DNA of 64,000 bases. It comes from Squalus acanthias (taxonomy: Eukaryota). A model generated the notes under the pieces. The model was not told the DNA's origin. It made no database searches and was given only the letters and a program-made list of their open reading frames with translations. The translations under genes were made by a program, and so were the position numbers. Positions 32,734 through 44,525 of this stretch are shown here, one piece after another. The stretch's first letter is position 1, and each line of letters opens with the position of its first letter. The stretch lies in contig CM059432.1 in assembly GCA_030390025.1 (NCBI GenBank), positions 38,008,001 to 38,072,000 of the forward strand, in the 5' to 3' direction.

Positions 32734-33222
32734 CTGGAGAGATTTAACGCCGTGTGAAGGAGTTTTGGGTACTGAGCAGCACTTTGCAGGTTCATTTTGA
32801 TTTGCCCTTCCTTGCATCTATTTCGAAGAGACTGTGGGGGCTGCACTCTGAGCTCTTTCCCTGGGTCTCTCCATTGTTCTTTCCAGCAGATTTGATGTAC
32901 AGGTCTCTCCAGGCCGAGATTCAAGCTGCAATGAGCAGGATGTGGATGGAGAGCAAGATCAACCCTCCCCTTTAAGAGCTGGCCGGCGCCATTGTGTGTG
33001 TGTTCCATTGCTGACTGACATCACATGAGCTTCGCCAACGCTCTGAGGTAGAGCCTCGCTCCTCGGCCTTTGCGCCTTATGACAGGTGTGTAGCGCTCCA
33101 ATCACCTCCAGGGGCGATAAAAGCCAAGTTTGCAGTCGGAGGCGATAATTAGCGCCAGGCGTTAAACTTTGCGCACAGCCGATAATTGCACCCCAAATGG
33201 GGCGATACTGAATTTTTCCCCC
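32356..33222. mobile_element. Non-autonomous Harbinger H3 (internal-deletion relative of H2)
   Basis: TIRs GGGGGAAACATTC/GAATTTTTCCCCC and TSD TCT. The right arm is homologous to the H2 right arm, and there is an internal (GA)n at 32701-32730. Confidence 0.88.
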
Positions 33223-34479
33223 TCTGTCCCTTCCTGTCACACTCTGCTTATTTTTACCCCAATTATTACACTGCTCTATTGCCTTGAGCTTTCTCTTTAG
33301 ATTTCTAAATTTCCGCTCACCTGACCACCCCTCCCTTTTTTTAGTTTAAAGCCCTATATTATTCGATTCGCCAGGACGCTCGTCCCAGCCCAGTTTAAGT
33401 GCAGCCCGTCCCAACAGTACAGCTCCCTCTTTCCCCAGTACTGGTGCCAGTCACACATGAATTGAAACCCCTTCTTCCCACACCACTCTTTGAGCCACGC
33501 ATTTATCTCTCTGATGTGCTTGACCCTGTGCCAATTTGCGCGTGGCTCAGATAGCAATCCAGAGATTATTACCCTTGAGGTTCTGCTTATTAATTTAGAC
33601 CCTAACTCCTCAAACTAGCTCAGCAGATCCTCATTCTTAGTTCTACCTATGTCATTGGTTCCTACATGGACCACGATAACTGGATCCTCCCCCTCCCACT
33701 CCAAGTTCTTCTCCAGCTGCGAGGAGATATCCTTAACCCTGGCACTGTGCAGGCAACACAGCCTTCGGGACTCTCTTTCGCGGCTGCAGAGAACAGTATC
33801 TATTCCCCTGACTATACTGTCCCCTACCACTACCACATTTCTTCCTTCTCTCCCCACTTGGATGGCCCCCTGTACCACGGTGCCATGGTCAGTTTGCCCA
33901 TCCTCCCTGCAGTCCTTTTCCTCATCCATACAGGTAGCAAGTACCTCGTACCTGTTGCCGTTAAGAGTGCTAACCAGAATTGGACACAATACTCTAGCTG
34001 AGGTCTAACCAGTGATTTATAATGGCTTACTATAACTTTCATATCAAGCCATTAAGTAAATGCAATAGCATTTACTGATGCAGCAACTGTCATGTACAAT
34101 CATAGAACTATAGAATGATACAACATAGAAGGAGGCCATGCGGCTAATCATGTCTGCGCCAGCTCTTTGAAAGAGCTATCCAATTAGTCCCATTCCCCGC
34201 CCCCTTTCCCATGTGACTAATTACCATATGACTGACACTCTAGGAGTACATCCAACCAGAGTTGGAAACCCTAGCTGACAGAGTGGCATTGGGCATAATC
34301 GCAATTCCACCAGGACATATATAAATGCCCCACCATCTGATGGATGGTACCACAAATACAAAACAAGTGGGCTCAATCTATCTAGAAGTGTTTCTGGCCA
34401 ATGCTTAGGAATATTTTGGTTCTTGGCATCAATAAGACAGATAATGTACTGCAGTGGCCCTCAGTTGCAGGAGGCTTCA

Positions 34480-34690
34480 AGTGACCCAGTGGACAGCCCC
34501 TGAACAGGCTCCGTGATCACCTGCATGTACACTCGGGCAGAGAACAGCTGAAAGCTGTCAGAGAAACCCTCCCACCGATCCTTCACCAGGCCCAGGAGGT
34601 CACCGGATCTGCTCACCCCATTGCACATCGGGTGACCAAAAATAAGCAGCATGGGCCAAAAAGTGTAACCAGAAATTGAGGAACAGCTCA
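34480..34690 (-). mobile_element. Short degenerate Tx1/L1-like fragment
   Basis: LLIFGHPMCNGVSRSGDLLGL resembles LLIFGHPVRRGVGRSEDLLVGLL at about 6190-6260. Confidence 0.55.
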
Positions 34691-35129
34691 GGTAATGGAA
34701 AGGGGCTGTGACCTCTGGCACTGTATGTAAATATAGGAACGATGTAGCTTTGTTAGATCTGATTTTAAGCAGCTCCCGCATATAAAAATATATAGGGGGA
34801 GAAATTCATTATAGCCCAGGAAAAGTTTGAGATTTAGTGCCAGGCGCTAATGAATCTCACTACACGCAAAATTCGCTCAAAGAAAGGATGGGAGCGCTAA
34901 ATCAGGTGCTAACGATCTGGCTCAGTGGCGTTCGACTCAAAGCGCTAAGCAATTTCAGGTGCAATCTAATCACTAGTCATCATTGCCACAGGCTCTTTCC
35001 AGTTCTTAAAGGGAGGTTCAATCATGCTGCAGAACCTCATTCTCAGCATTGCTGGTTCTGCAGCTGTCTCAGCCAGCAGCAGAAGGCCAAGGAGAAGGAA
35101 CCCGACCACTGAAGGAGGTGTCATTCTGG

Positions 35130-37756
35130 CAGATCAACGGCCCAGGGAGAGAACTCGCAGATTCTGCGACCAAGCATTGGAGGCGCTGGTCTTCGCTGTG
35201 GAGAGACGGAGGGCGGTGCTGTACCCGGCAACTGGCAGGAGGTCCTCGCCATGTGGAGGGAGTTTGCCCATCAGGTCTTGGGCAGCACTGTGGTCCCCAG
35301 GACCCACACACGGTGCAGGAAGAAATTTAACGATCTCACTCAGGTGGTCAGGGTGAGTCAATGGCCCTGAAATTCACCTCTCCGGCTTGCCGCGGGGGTA
35401 AGGATCGCGCGCGCACTTACCTACCGCGCCTGCCGTTGACATCTGGGTCCACGGGGACTTCAGCTCCTGGGCCTGCTGCAACTGCCGGCGCGCAGTGCTT
35501 GCGTGTCCCAGGGGCGTAGTTAGTGCGATGCGTCCCCTGGGATCACGTGGGCCATGGAGAGCCAATAGCAGCAGACCATCTTTCATTCATAGATTTGACA
35601 GGAAGACCTGTCAAATCTATGAATTGAAATCGGCCCCAAAAGAACAGCTAAACTTAAAATAAATTTGAAAAACCCATCACATTTATAGAATAACTATAAG
35701 TTAAATAAATTAACTACTTTAAACAAAAATTTAAATTTTTGAAAAAATTAAAATACTTTTTAACAGTGCTAAAAATAAACTTACCTTTCTTTAAAGTATC
35801 TAAAAAAGATAAACCTGTTGAAAATTGTTTAAATTATAATTAATTAACCACTTACCTTGTTGAAAACGGGTCCTGCACCTCCTTTTTAAAAGCGCAGGTT
35901 CTTCAATACTTACCCTCCCGGAGAAACCTGAAAAAAAACCTAAGTTTGCTGCGTGCGCGCAGCCTCTACCACGCACGTGGTTCACCTCTGAACCGCCCCT
36001 TTCACCAGACCGGAAGTTCCAGTTTCCCGCGCATGCGCTGTGCATGCAGGAAACTGACACTTCAGGACGCCTTACGAGTGAGTACACAGCACGTACTCAC
36101 CCGGCAATGGCCGAATTTTTGGCCCAATGTCTCAACAAATGCTACATACCACCATCTGAACCTCAGTCTGCACACACTGCCCAAAGCACCACACCCCCAG
36201 CACTCACCCACCAACAATCTCTACCTACCAACACTCACACCCACATCTCGACACCTTGCATACAATGACAGCTATTCAACTATGGCAGGCACATCTCCCA
36301 AGCACATTGCTCCACACTCACTCACACACTTTCCTCTCTCTTGCAGGCCAAGGCCGCTCACAACAGGAGGGAGCAGGAGCGCGCAGGCGGGGAACAACCT
36401 GACACCCAAACACTTTCTGAGCTGGAGGAAAGAGTGCTGCGAATCATTGGGTGCCAGGTGGTGGGCGCTGTGGCCACCGGCGACGTTGACCCCCTTGGGG
36501 ACAACAATGCTATGTTCATCCCTACTCCTTCTTCTCACATCCCACTTCCCCCTCGCCCCACAAGCCTTTCCCACTTTCCAGCTAATCATGCATGCCTTTC
36601 TCCCTTCCTGCCCCCCTCCCCTCACCTTAACCTGACTCTTGTGCCTTTATGCTTTCAGATAATGAGCAAGCAGCTGAGCAGCCTGTCCCTGAGGGCACCA
36701 TAGAGAACGAGGCGGGAGAAGAGAAGGAGGAAGAACACACCGCGTCACTGCATGTCTCACCCGCAGGCACCAGCTCAGATACTGGCACTACACATTCTTT
36801 AGAGGCGAGTATAGTAGCGGGATCTGCACCGGGAACGAGCGGGCTGCAGCAAGGCCAGGGGGAAAGGGTAGCTCGGGAGTCAGCTCCCCGGAGGGCGAGT
36901 TCGTGTGTGAGTTCTGCTGTACAGGACTCAGATGAGGACCTCGATGGGGAGGCCTTTAGAAGAAGGGTGATGGGCATGCACACGGAGATGATAGGTGCAA
37001 TGGCAAGGGTGCCTGAGAGCCTCTCGGCAATGGTAAGGAGCGTGGAGGAGTCCACCTCCAACATTGCACAGAGCTCTGCACACACCATGGAGCCCATCAT
37101 TTCCAGTCTGCAAAGGATGGTCGACTCCCAGAGAGACCGTAGCGACCCAGACCTCATGCCGCGTGTGATGGGCAATGTCGTAGCTTCCATTGCAGCACAG
37201 GCGGAAGCCACGCAACGTCTTAGTGCTGTAATGCAGTCTATGCTTGGTGCCATCGATTCTCAGACTGCTCTCATGCAGTCTCAGCTTGATGCCACGCAAG
37301 CTCTGACTGCTGCCATTATGACTGGGTCGACCACTGCCTACCGGGGCTTTCACGGTGTCGCAGCAGGCCAGCAATCTGTGCGCCAGCAGATTGGTAGTGA
37401 TGCTGAGGTGCTGCCCCGGGGGAGTGGCAGTGGATCAATGGAGCAGGAAGTTGCTGTCCTCTCTCCGGATGATAGCATTCCTGCTCCCACCACTGGCACT
37501 CCATCATTGTCCTTGTCGCTGCCTGTCTTCCAGCCATGCCCAGACTGCCGTCGCCCATGCTGAGTGTACAGCCGGGCCTTTCAGGCCCAGAACTGGTCGA
37601 GGGCGTCCTGCAAGGCCATCTGAAGTCTCCCGCACGGACACTCAGCAACCTTCCACCAGCCGTGCTGCAGCCACTGGGCCAACACTTCGTAGGAGCACTA
37701 GAGTAGGCAAAGGCACAGTAACGAGAGGCACTAAAGGATTGCACAAGGGTGAATAG
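35130..37756 (+). pseudogene. Myb/SANT-like gene of H4 (exons about 35130-35352, 36347-36510, 36659-37756)
   Basis: RFCDQALEALV...CRKKFNDL then a GTGAGT donor; AKAAHNRREQERAGG. The last exon is homologous to those of H2 and H5 and is frameshifted. Confidence 0.8.
35363..36125. mobile_element. Harbinger-type MITE inserted in intron 1 of the H4 Myb gene
   Basis: Imperfect TIRs GGCCCTGAAATTC/GAATTTTTGGCCC, TSD AAT and an internal perfect hairpin. Confidence 0.72.
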
Positions 37757-37924
37757 TTAATATTGTTGTTGTAAATATGTGTTTACTGAATATTGATAAA
37801 TTTATTAATTGGCTTTGGATGCTTTTGTGGCGTCTCTCATTTCAGCTTTGCGCTGTGATATGGCCTGTGACAGGGATGGAATGATGGGTATGTGGTGAGC
37901 AATGGGGATCTGGGGTTTAATTTA

Positions 37925-38005
37925 TTGGAACCACAGTCTGATGAGGCGGTCATGACCGTCCTTCCAGAAGGCTGATTGAATGGCTGCCTCCTCCCTCACT
38001 CCTGA

Positions 38006-38040
<35 letters not shown>

Positions 38041-39030
38041 CTCCTCGTCCTCGTCCTCGTCCTCTCCCTCTTCCTCCTCCTGAGGTGGTCCCGCTATGCC
38101 TGGTGGCAAGGGCTGGGCCCTCATGATGGCCAAGTTGTGGAGCATGCAGCAGACTTCGACAAAATGGGACACCCGCTCAGCCAAGTACTGGAGGGCTCCT
38201 CCCGAGCGGTCAAGGCAGCGGAAACATTGCTTGAGCACCCCGATGATCTGCTCGATGATGTTCCTGGTGGCGACATGGCTCTCATTATATGAGTGCTGAG
38301 CAGGAGTGTTGGGGTTGCGGAGGGAGTCATGAGCCAGGTGGAGAGCGGTTGGTCCTTGTCTTCGAGCAGCCAGCCGCGAGCTTGATGGTGGCTGGAAGAG
38401 AGCTAGCACAACGGTCTGGCGTAGGACGAAGGCATCGTGGCTGCTGCCAGGATAGCGGGCATTCACATTGAGGATTCGCTGTCTGTGGTCACACACCAAC
38501 TGCACATTAAGTGAGTGGTAGCCTTTGCAGTTACGGAAGATCTCAGGATTGTTATGCGGTGCCGCAAAGCCACATGGATGCAATCAATGGCGCCCTGCAC
38601 CATGGGGAAGCCTGCTATCCTATAAAAGCCATGCATGTTCGGCCTGCTTCTCTCTGGTGATGGGGAAGGAAATGTAGTCCCTTCTCTTACTGTAGAGAGC
38701 CTCTGTGATCTCCCGGATGCAGTAATGGACAGTGAACTGGGAGATGTTACCTATATCTCTTGTTGCAGACTGGAAGGATCCGCTGGCGAAGAAATTGAGG
38801 GCGACGGTGACCTTGACTGTCACTGAGAGAGCCGTGGTTGACCTGATCTGAGGCTCGAGGTCTGGCTGCAGGAGGTGGCAGAGTTCTGTGACCACGTCCT
38901 TGCTGAAGCGGAGCCTTCTAATACACTGCTCCTCGCTTAATTGGAGGCAGGAGAAGTGCTCTCGGAATACCCTCGGAGGGTAAGGCCTCCTGTTGAGAGC
39001 CCTGATGGCCCTCCTCCTCCCTCTGGCCAC
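37925..39030 (-). pseudogene. HARBI1-like transposase of H4, several frameshifts
   Basis: Motifs [32 protein letters not shown] and IEQIIGVLKQCFRCLD, with a (GAGGAC)n acidic tail. Confidence 0.88.
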
Positions 39031-39880
39031 ATCTTACAATCTTTCTCGCTGCCTCCGCTCCCTCCACAGTAGATCCTGGAGGGCGAGGTCGACTGCCAGT
39101 ACAGCCCCCTTTAATGTAACGATGTGTAGCACTTTGAAATTTTGTCAGAATAAATGTAACAAATTTTTAGTAGCCACAACACTCCTGATACTAAAGAATT
39201 AAATGACTGAATTAAACTCTTGCACAATTGCAAACTGACAAGGAAGCAGTGAAACAGCACTAACCTGACAGCTGTGACTGATCCCTTTAAATATCGCCCC
39301 TGGAGCCGCCATCTGCCTGCTTCACACCTCCTCTTCCTGTCGTTGTCGGGGTGAGGCGCTAAGGCAGGGGGCGATAATCAATTTGACAGATCGGGCGCTC
39401 AGTGAGCGTTGCATGCTCACTGATGTCACGATCTGCCTGGCGCTAAAGCCCCAGGTGTTAACTGTTAGCGGCGGCGCTAAGGGGTGACTGGATTTGGCGT
39501 GCGGTGCTGGATTCGCCTCGCCCCGGCGTTACTTCATTAGCGCCCTGTTTGCGCCCCCGCCAGGGGCTAACCAACTGAATTTCTCCCCCATAAGATTGAA
39601 AGTGTTTGCTTAAAGCTGGACGGTAGACAAAGAACAAGTGAAGAGTCAGAAAATCTTAGAGCTGTTTTTGACTGATAGAAACAAAAAAGAAAGAAAATGA
39701 TAAACTTGTATAAAATTTCCGACATAACAATTCAAAAGTGAATTAATATTTACACTGACCCAGTGATATATACTGTTGAGGGCATTTTTGTTGCAGGATA
39801 ACTATAGAACAGCAAAAATATATGAAATGGTAAGCATGCTGTATTTTCATACCGGCACCCTATTCCTGTTCTGGTCCTAC

Positions 39881-40014
39881 CTATTTGGAAGTTGTATTTC
39901 TGTTCCTGTTTCTTTGAAATAGGAGGGATGGTAGTTGTTAAATGGAGATGCCTTAAAGAAATGAGGGCCTCAAAGAAACAAATGATTTTCATTTTTAACA
40001 ATAAGTCTGCTGCT
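39881..40014 (-). CDS. Candidate internal exon of an unidentified host gene (134 nt)
   Basis: T-run and AG acceptor, an open frame AADLLLKMKIICFFEALISLRHLHLTTTIPPISKKQEQKYNFQI, and a GTAGGA donor, in non-repetitive DNA. Confidence 0.4.
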
Positions 40015-40819
40015 CTAGGTTTTTAAAAAAAAGCCTCTGCTTCTGTTCTATGTACAGCATACTCGAGTAAAATTATTCGACCTAATTTTGTTACAGGAAT
40101 CAAGAATATAAACATAATAAGAGTCCTACTAAATCCAATATCAATTTAGTTGGAAAATGTAATTTTATATTCACAAATTAACAATTCTGGGCTGCTTAAA
40201 GGGCTTGACGATTGGTTAGAGTCTAGCAGTTATATACAGGCAATTAACAGATTTGCATTTGGAATAGTAAGAATGGGAGCAAAGACAGTAAACCTACACA
40301 TTTGGAAATTAAACATCAGAGGCTCTGCAACAGTGCAGCAGGGAAAGAAATGGGGACTTTTTTTGGCTTTTGAAAAAATATAGATTTAAAGACAGTATAA
40401 ACGCAACAGACATACACTTAAGTGAATTAGAGTGTAATTAAATGTGTTCACATTTAAAAAAAAAGGACCCTGCTTTTTTGTAAATAAGTACTGCATAATT
40501 AAAGACATTAAAGAGCCTTTTATTTGATGGGTTAATTCTTTTAAATTAAAAACAAATGAACAAACTGTGAAGGTTTTTGTATTTTAGATTTGATAAATGT
40601 TCAAATCATGTGGAGCTGGCTGTGCTTGCCAAATTCTGCTCACCTGCAAGACTCTCAGCAACAACCTTGCTCCCATTCACTACCAGACTGCCTCCCTGCT
40701 TTCAGTTGTGTGCAATCCACTGTTTCATCCAGGGTTTTTTTTTGCAGTAGATTAACTAACCCCGAGACTCACCATCTATCCTTGTACCTTTCAAGATGCA
40801 ACCTCACTTTGATTACTGC

Positions 40820-41310
40820 TGTCAACAGCCACTTGTATAGAGCCTTCAACATAGAAAAGTGTCCCAAGGTGCATCACAGATGTGTAAGGATAAAAAAGGG
40901 CATTGAGCCAAAGAACAACAACTTGTATTTATATAGCGCCTTTAACATAGTAAAACATCCCAAGGTGCTTAAAAAAGGAGAAACAAGGAGGGGTACCAAA
41001 AGGTTTGCTCAAAGAGGTGAATTTTAAGGAGAGTTTTAAAAGAGGAGACGGAAGTGGAGCAGTGGAGAGATTTTATGAGGCATTACAAAACAATGGGGCC
41101 TAGGCAGATAATGGCATGACCATCAGTGATCAGGGAATGAGAGGGCAAAAGACACAAGAGGTCAGAGTCAGAAGAATGGAGAGCTCTGTGTGGGGGGGGG
41201 GGGGGGGGGGGGGTGGGGGGGGGGGGCGAAATGCAGGTCTGGAGAAGGTTACAGAAATAGAGAGGGGTGAGGCTATGGAGAGATTTAAACACCAGGTTGA
41301 AAATTTTAAA
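40820..41310 (-). mobile_element. L2-like LINE/SINE 3' tail remnants
   Basis: An AACAACAACTTGTATTTATATAGCGCCTTT-type tail occurs twice, with FKSLHSLTPLYFCNLLQ upstream. Confidence 0.55.
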
Positions 41311-42096
41311 TTTAAGACAAATATGACAATCTTTATTTGGTGGTGGTAATGGGGAAGGGGAAACTACAGACTGTTACTGAAAACCAAAATTCATTTACTC
41401 AGTTTACAAGTTAAAGATTTCACTCAGCATCACAAAGGGAGTTATATTTAAATGGGACAAATGTGGTTTTATAGAATCATAGAATGGTTACAGCACGGAA
41501 GGAGGCCATTCGGCCCGCCGAGCCCGTGCCAGCTCTCTGCAAGAGCACTTCAGCTAATCCCACACCCCCTCCCTTTCCCCATAGCCCTGCAAATTTATTT
41601 CCTTCAGATACTTATCCAACTCCCTTTTGAAAGCCGTGATTGAATCTGCCTCCACCACCCTTTCAGGCAGTGCATTCCAGATCTTAACCACTCGCTGCGT
41701 AAAAAAGTTTTTTCTTACATCGCCTTTGGTTCTTTTGCCAATCACCTTAAATCTGAGCCCTCTGGTTCTCGACCCTTCTGCCAATGGGAACAGTTTCCCT
41801 CTATCTACTCTGTCCAGACCCCTCATGATTTTGAACACCTCTATCAAATCTCCTCTCAATCTTCTCTACTCCAAGGAGAACAATCCCAGCTTCTCCAGTC
41901 TATCCACGTAACTGAAATCCCTCATTCCTGGAATCATTCTCATAAATCTTTTCTGCATCCTTTCTAAGGCCTTCACATCCTTCCTAAAGTGTGGTGCCCA
42001 GAATTGGACACAGTATTCCAGTTGGGGCCGAACCAGTGTTTTATACAGGTTCATCATCATTTCCACACTTTTGTACTCTATACCTCTCTTTATGAA

Positions 42097-42500
42097 TGTG
42101 AGAAGTCGCACAACACCAGGTTATAGTCCAACAGCTTTATTTGAAATCACAAGCTTTCGGAGCGCTGCTCCTTCGTCAGGTGATGGGTGGTGGTAATGGG
42201 GAAGGGGAAACTACAGACTGTTACTGAAAACCAAAATTCTTTTACTCAGTTTAAAAGTTAAAGATTTCACTCAGTATCACAAAGTGAGTTATATTTAAAT
42301 GGGACAAATGTGGTTTTATAGAATCATAGAATGGTTACAGCATGGAAGAAGGCCATTCGGCCCGCCGAATGGCCTTCACCTGACAAATGAGCAGCGCTCC
42401 GAAAGCTTGTGATTTCAAATAAAGCTGTTGGACTATAACCTGGTGTTGTGCGACTTCTCACATTTGTCCACCCCAGTTCAACACCGGCATCTCCACATCA
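42097..42500. mobile_element. Penelope-like insertion with inverted pLTR arms around captured DNA
   Basis: About 87-bp inverted repeats (42097-42183 and 42376-42462), TSD TCTCTTTATGAA and hammerhead motifs. Confidence 0.8.
42147..42183 (-). ncRNA. Minimal type I hammerhead ribozyme motif
   Basis: UCAC-CUGACGA-A-GGAGC-AGC-GCUCC-GAAA-GC-UU-GUGA gives stem I, the conserved core, stem II and a palindromic AGCU stem III. Confidence 0.75.
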
Positions 42501-44525
42501 TCTCTTTATGAAGCCCAGGATCCCATAAGGTTTTTTAACTGCTTTCTCAACCTGCCCTGCCACCTTCAATGATTTGTGCACATATACCCCCAGGTCTCTC
42601 TGCCACTGTCCCTTTTATTCCATGGGCTTCAACATTGCTGGCAAGCCTATTATGTGGCACTTTGTCAAATGCCTTTTGGAAATCCATGTACACTACATCA
42701 ACTGCATTACCCTCATCAACCCTCTCTGTTACCTCATCAAAGAACTAAATCAAGTTAGTTAAACACAATTTTCCTTTAACAAATCCATGCAGGCTTTTCT
42801 TAATTAATCCACACTTGTCCAAGTGACTGTTAATTTTGTCCCTGATTACTGTTTCTAAAAGCTTCCCCACGACCGAGGTCAAACTGATTGGTCTGTAGTT
42901 ACTGGGTTTAACTTTATACCCTTTTTTGAACAATGGTGTAACATTTGTAATTCTCCAGTCCACTGGCACCATCCCCGTATCTAAGGAGGATTGGAATATT
43001 ATGGTGAGCACCTCCGCGATTTCCGCCCTCAATAACCTAGGATGCATCCCATCGCTCCTGGTGACTTATCTACTTTAAGTACAGCCAGCCTTTCTAATAC
43101 CTCTTCTTTATCAATTTTTATCCTATCAAGTATCTCCACTACCTCCTCCTTCACTATGTCTATAGCAGCATCCTCTTCCTTGGTGAAGACAGATGCAAAG
43201 TACTCATTTAGTACCTCAGCCATACCCTCTGCCTCCATGCATAGGTCTCCTTTTTGGTCCCTAATCAGCCCCACCCCTCTTCTTACTACCCTTTTACTAT
43301 TTATATGCCTATAGAAGACTTTTGCGTTACCTTTTATGTTGGCTGCCATTCTATTCTCATACGCTCTTTTTGCCCCATTTATTTTCCTTTTCACTTCTCC
43401 TCTGACCTTTCTATATGTAGCCTGATTCTCAGATGTATTTGCAACCTGACATCTGTCATATGTGCTCTTTTTCTGCTTCATCATATTCTCTATCTCTTTC
43501 GTCATCCAGGGAGCCCTGACATTAGTTGCCCTACCTTTCCCCCTAGTGAGAATGTATTTCAACTGTACCTGAACTATTTCCTCCTTAAAGGCAGCCCATT
43601 GTTCCATTACTGTTTTGCCTGCCAATCTTTGATTCCAGTTTACCCAGGCCAGATCTGTTCGCATCCCACTGAAATTGGCCTTCCCCAGTTAAACATTTTT
43701 ACTCTAGATTGCTCCCTGTCCTGTTACATAGCTAATCTAAACCTTATGATACAATGATCACTGTTCCCTAAATGTTCACCGACTGACACTTGCTCCATTT
43801 GACCTACCTCATTCCCCAGAACCAGATCCAGCAATGCCTTCCCTCTCGTCGGGCTGGAAACATACTGATCAAGAAAGTTCTCCTGAACACACTTCAGAAA
43901 TTCTTCCCCTTCTCTGCCCTTAACACTATTATGATCTCAGTCTATATTAGGATAGTTGAAGTCCCCCATTATTACTACTCTATAGTTCTTGCACCTCTCT
44001 GTAATTTCTCTGCAAATTTGCTCCTCCATATCTTTCCCACCATTTGGTGGTCTATGGAATACACCGAGTAGTGTAATGGCACCTCTATTATTTCTTAACT
44101 CTAACCATATAGATTCTGTCCTTGACCCCTCTAGGACATCCTCCCTCTCCAGCACTGTAACATTCTCCTTGACCAATACTGCCACACTATCTTCCCTTCC
44201 CTAACTTTCCTGAACACCTTATAACCAGGAATATTTAATACCCAATCCTGCCTGTTTTTTGAGCCAGGTCTCAGTTATTGCCACAACATCATATTCCCAT
44301 GTGGCTATTTGTGCCTGCAGCTCACTTACCTTGTTTTCTACGCTTCATGTGTTCACATACATACACTGTAAACCCATCTTAGACCATCCTGTATTAAGTG
44401 CCTCAAAGTACAAGCTACTCAAATCCTACAATCACTGTACAAGCAAATGATCATATTCTCCAAAAAATCAGACATGCCCTGAGCAGATGGAATATTCTTC
44501 CATATCCTCACTTGGTAGAGCCAGT

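Larger units (their letters stand above)
9139..33960 (-). mobile_element. Near-full-length CR1 LINE split into four pieces (9139-10024, 14274-15146, 31604-32355, 33223-33960) by nested insertions
   Basis: Pieces are colinear on the minus strand: ORF1 SGNH-esterase (VVGDSIVRG, VHVGTNDIG, DGLHLN), APE endonuclease (IAITETW, VGVVYRPP, SNHNMIEF), RT (YLDFQKAFDKV), C-terminus, and an (AAGAACAT)-type tail near 9140. Confidence 0.85.
34795..39589. mobile_element. Harbinger H4 (complete ends, decayed genes)
   Basis: 14-bp TIRs GGGGGAGAAATTCA/TGAATTTCTCCCCC and TSD ATA, with the Myb gene on plus and the transposase on minus. Confidence 0.92.
41471..44395 (-). mobile_element. CR1 LINE (endonuclease to 3' tail, internal deletion near 42607), interrupted by a Penelope-like insert
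   Basis: Motifs IMGDFNYPNID, PSNYRPISLTSVVGK, RPQLEYCVQFW and RLRGDLIEVFK, with an (ATAGAATC) tail. Confidence 0.9.

Noticed and set aside
38005..38080. (TCCTCG)n array as a special repeat
   Set aside because: A microsatellite expansion of the acidic transposase tail, also seen in the other Harbingers.
41192..41226. Long G run and G-quadruplex, with poly-Pro/Gly ORFs
   Set aside because: A simple homopolymer expansion within a decayed LINE remnant.
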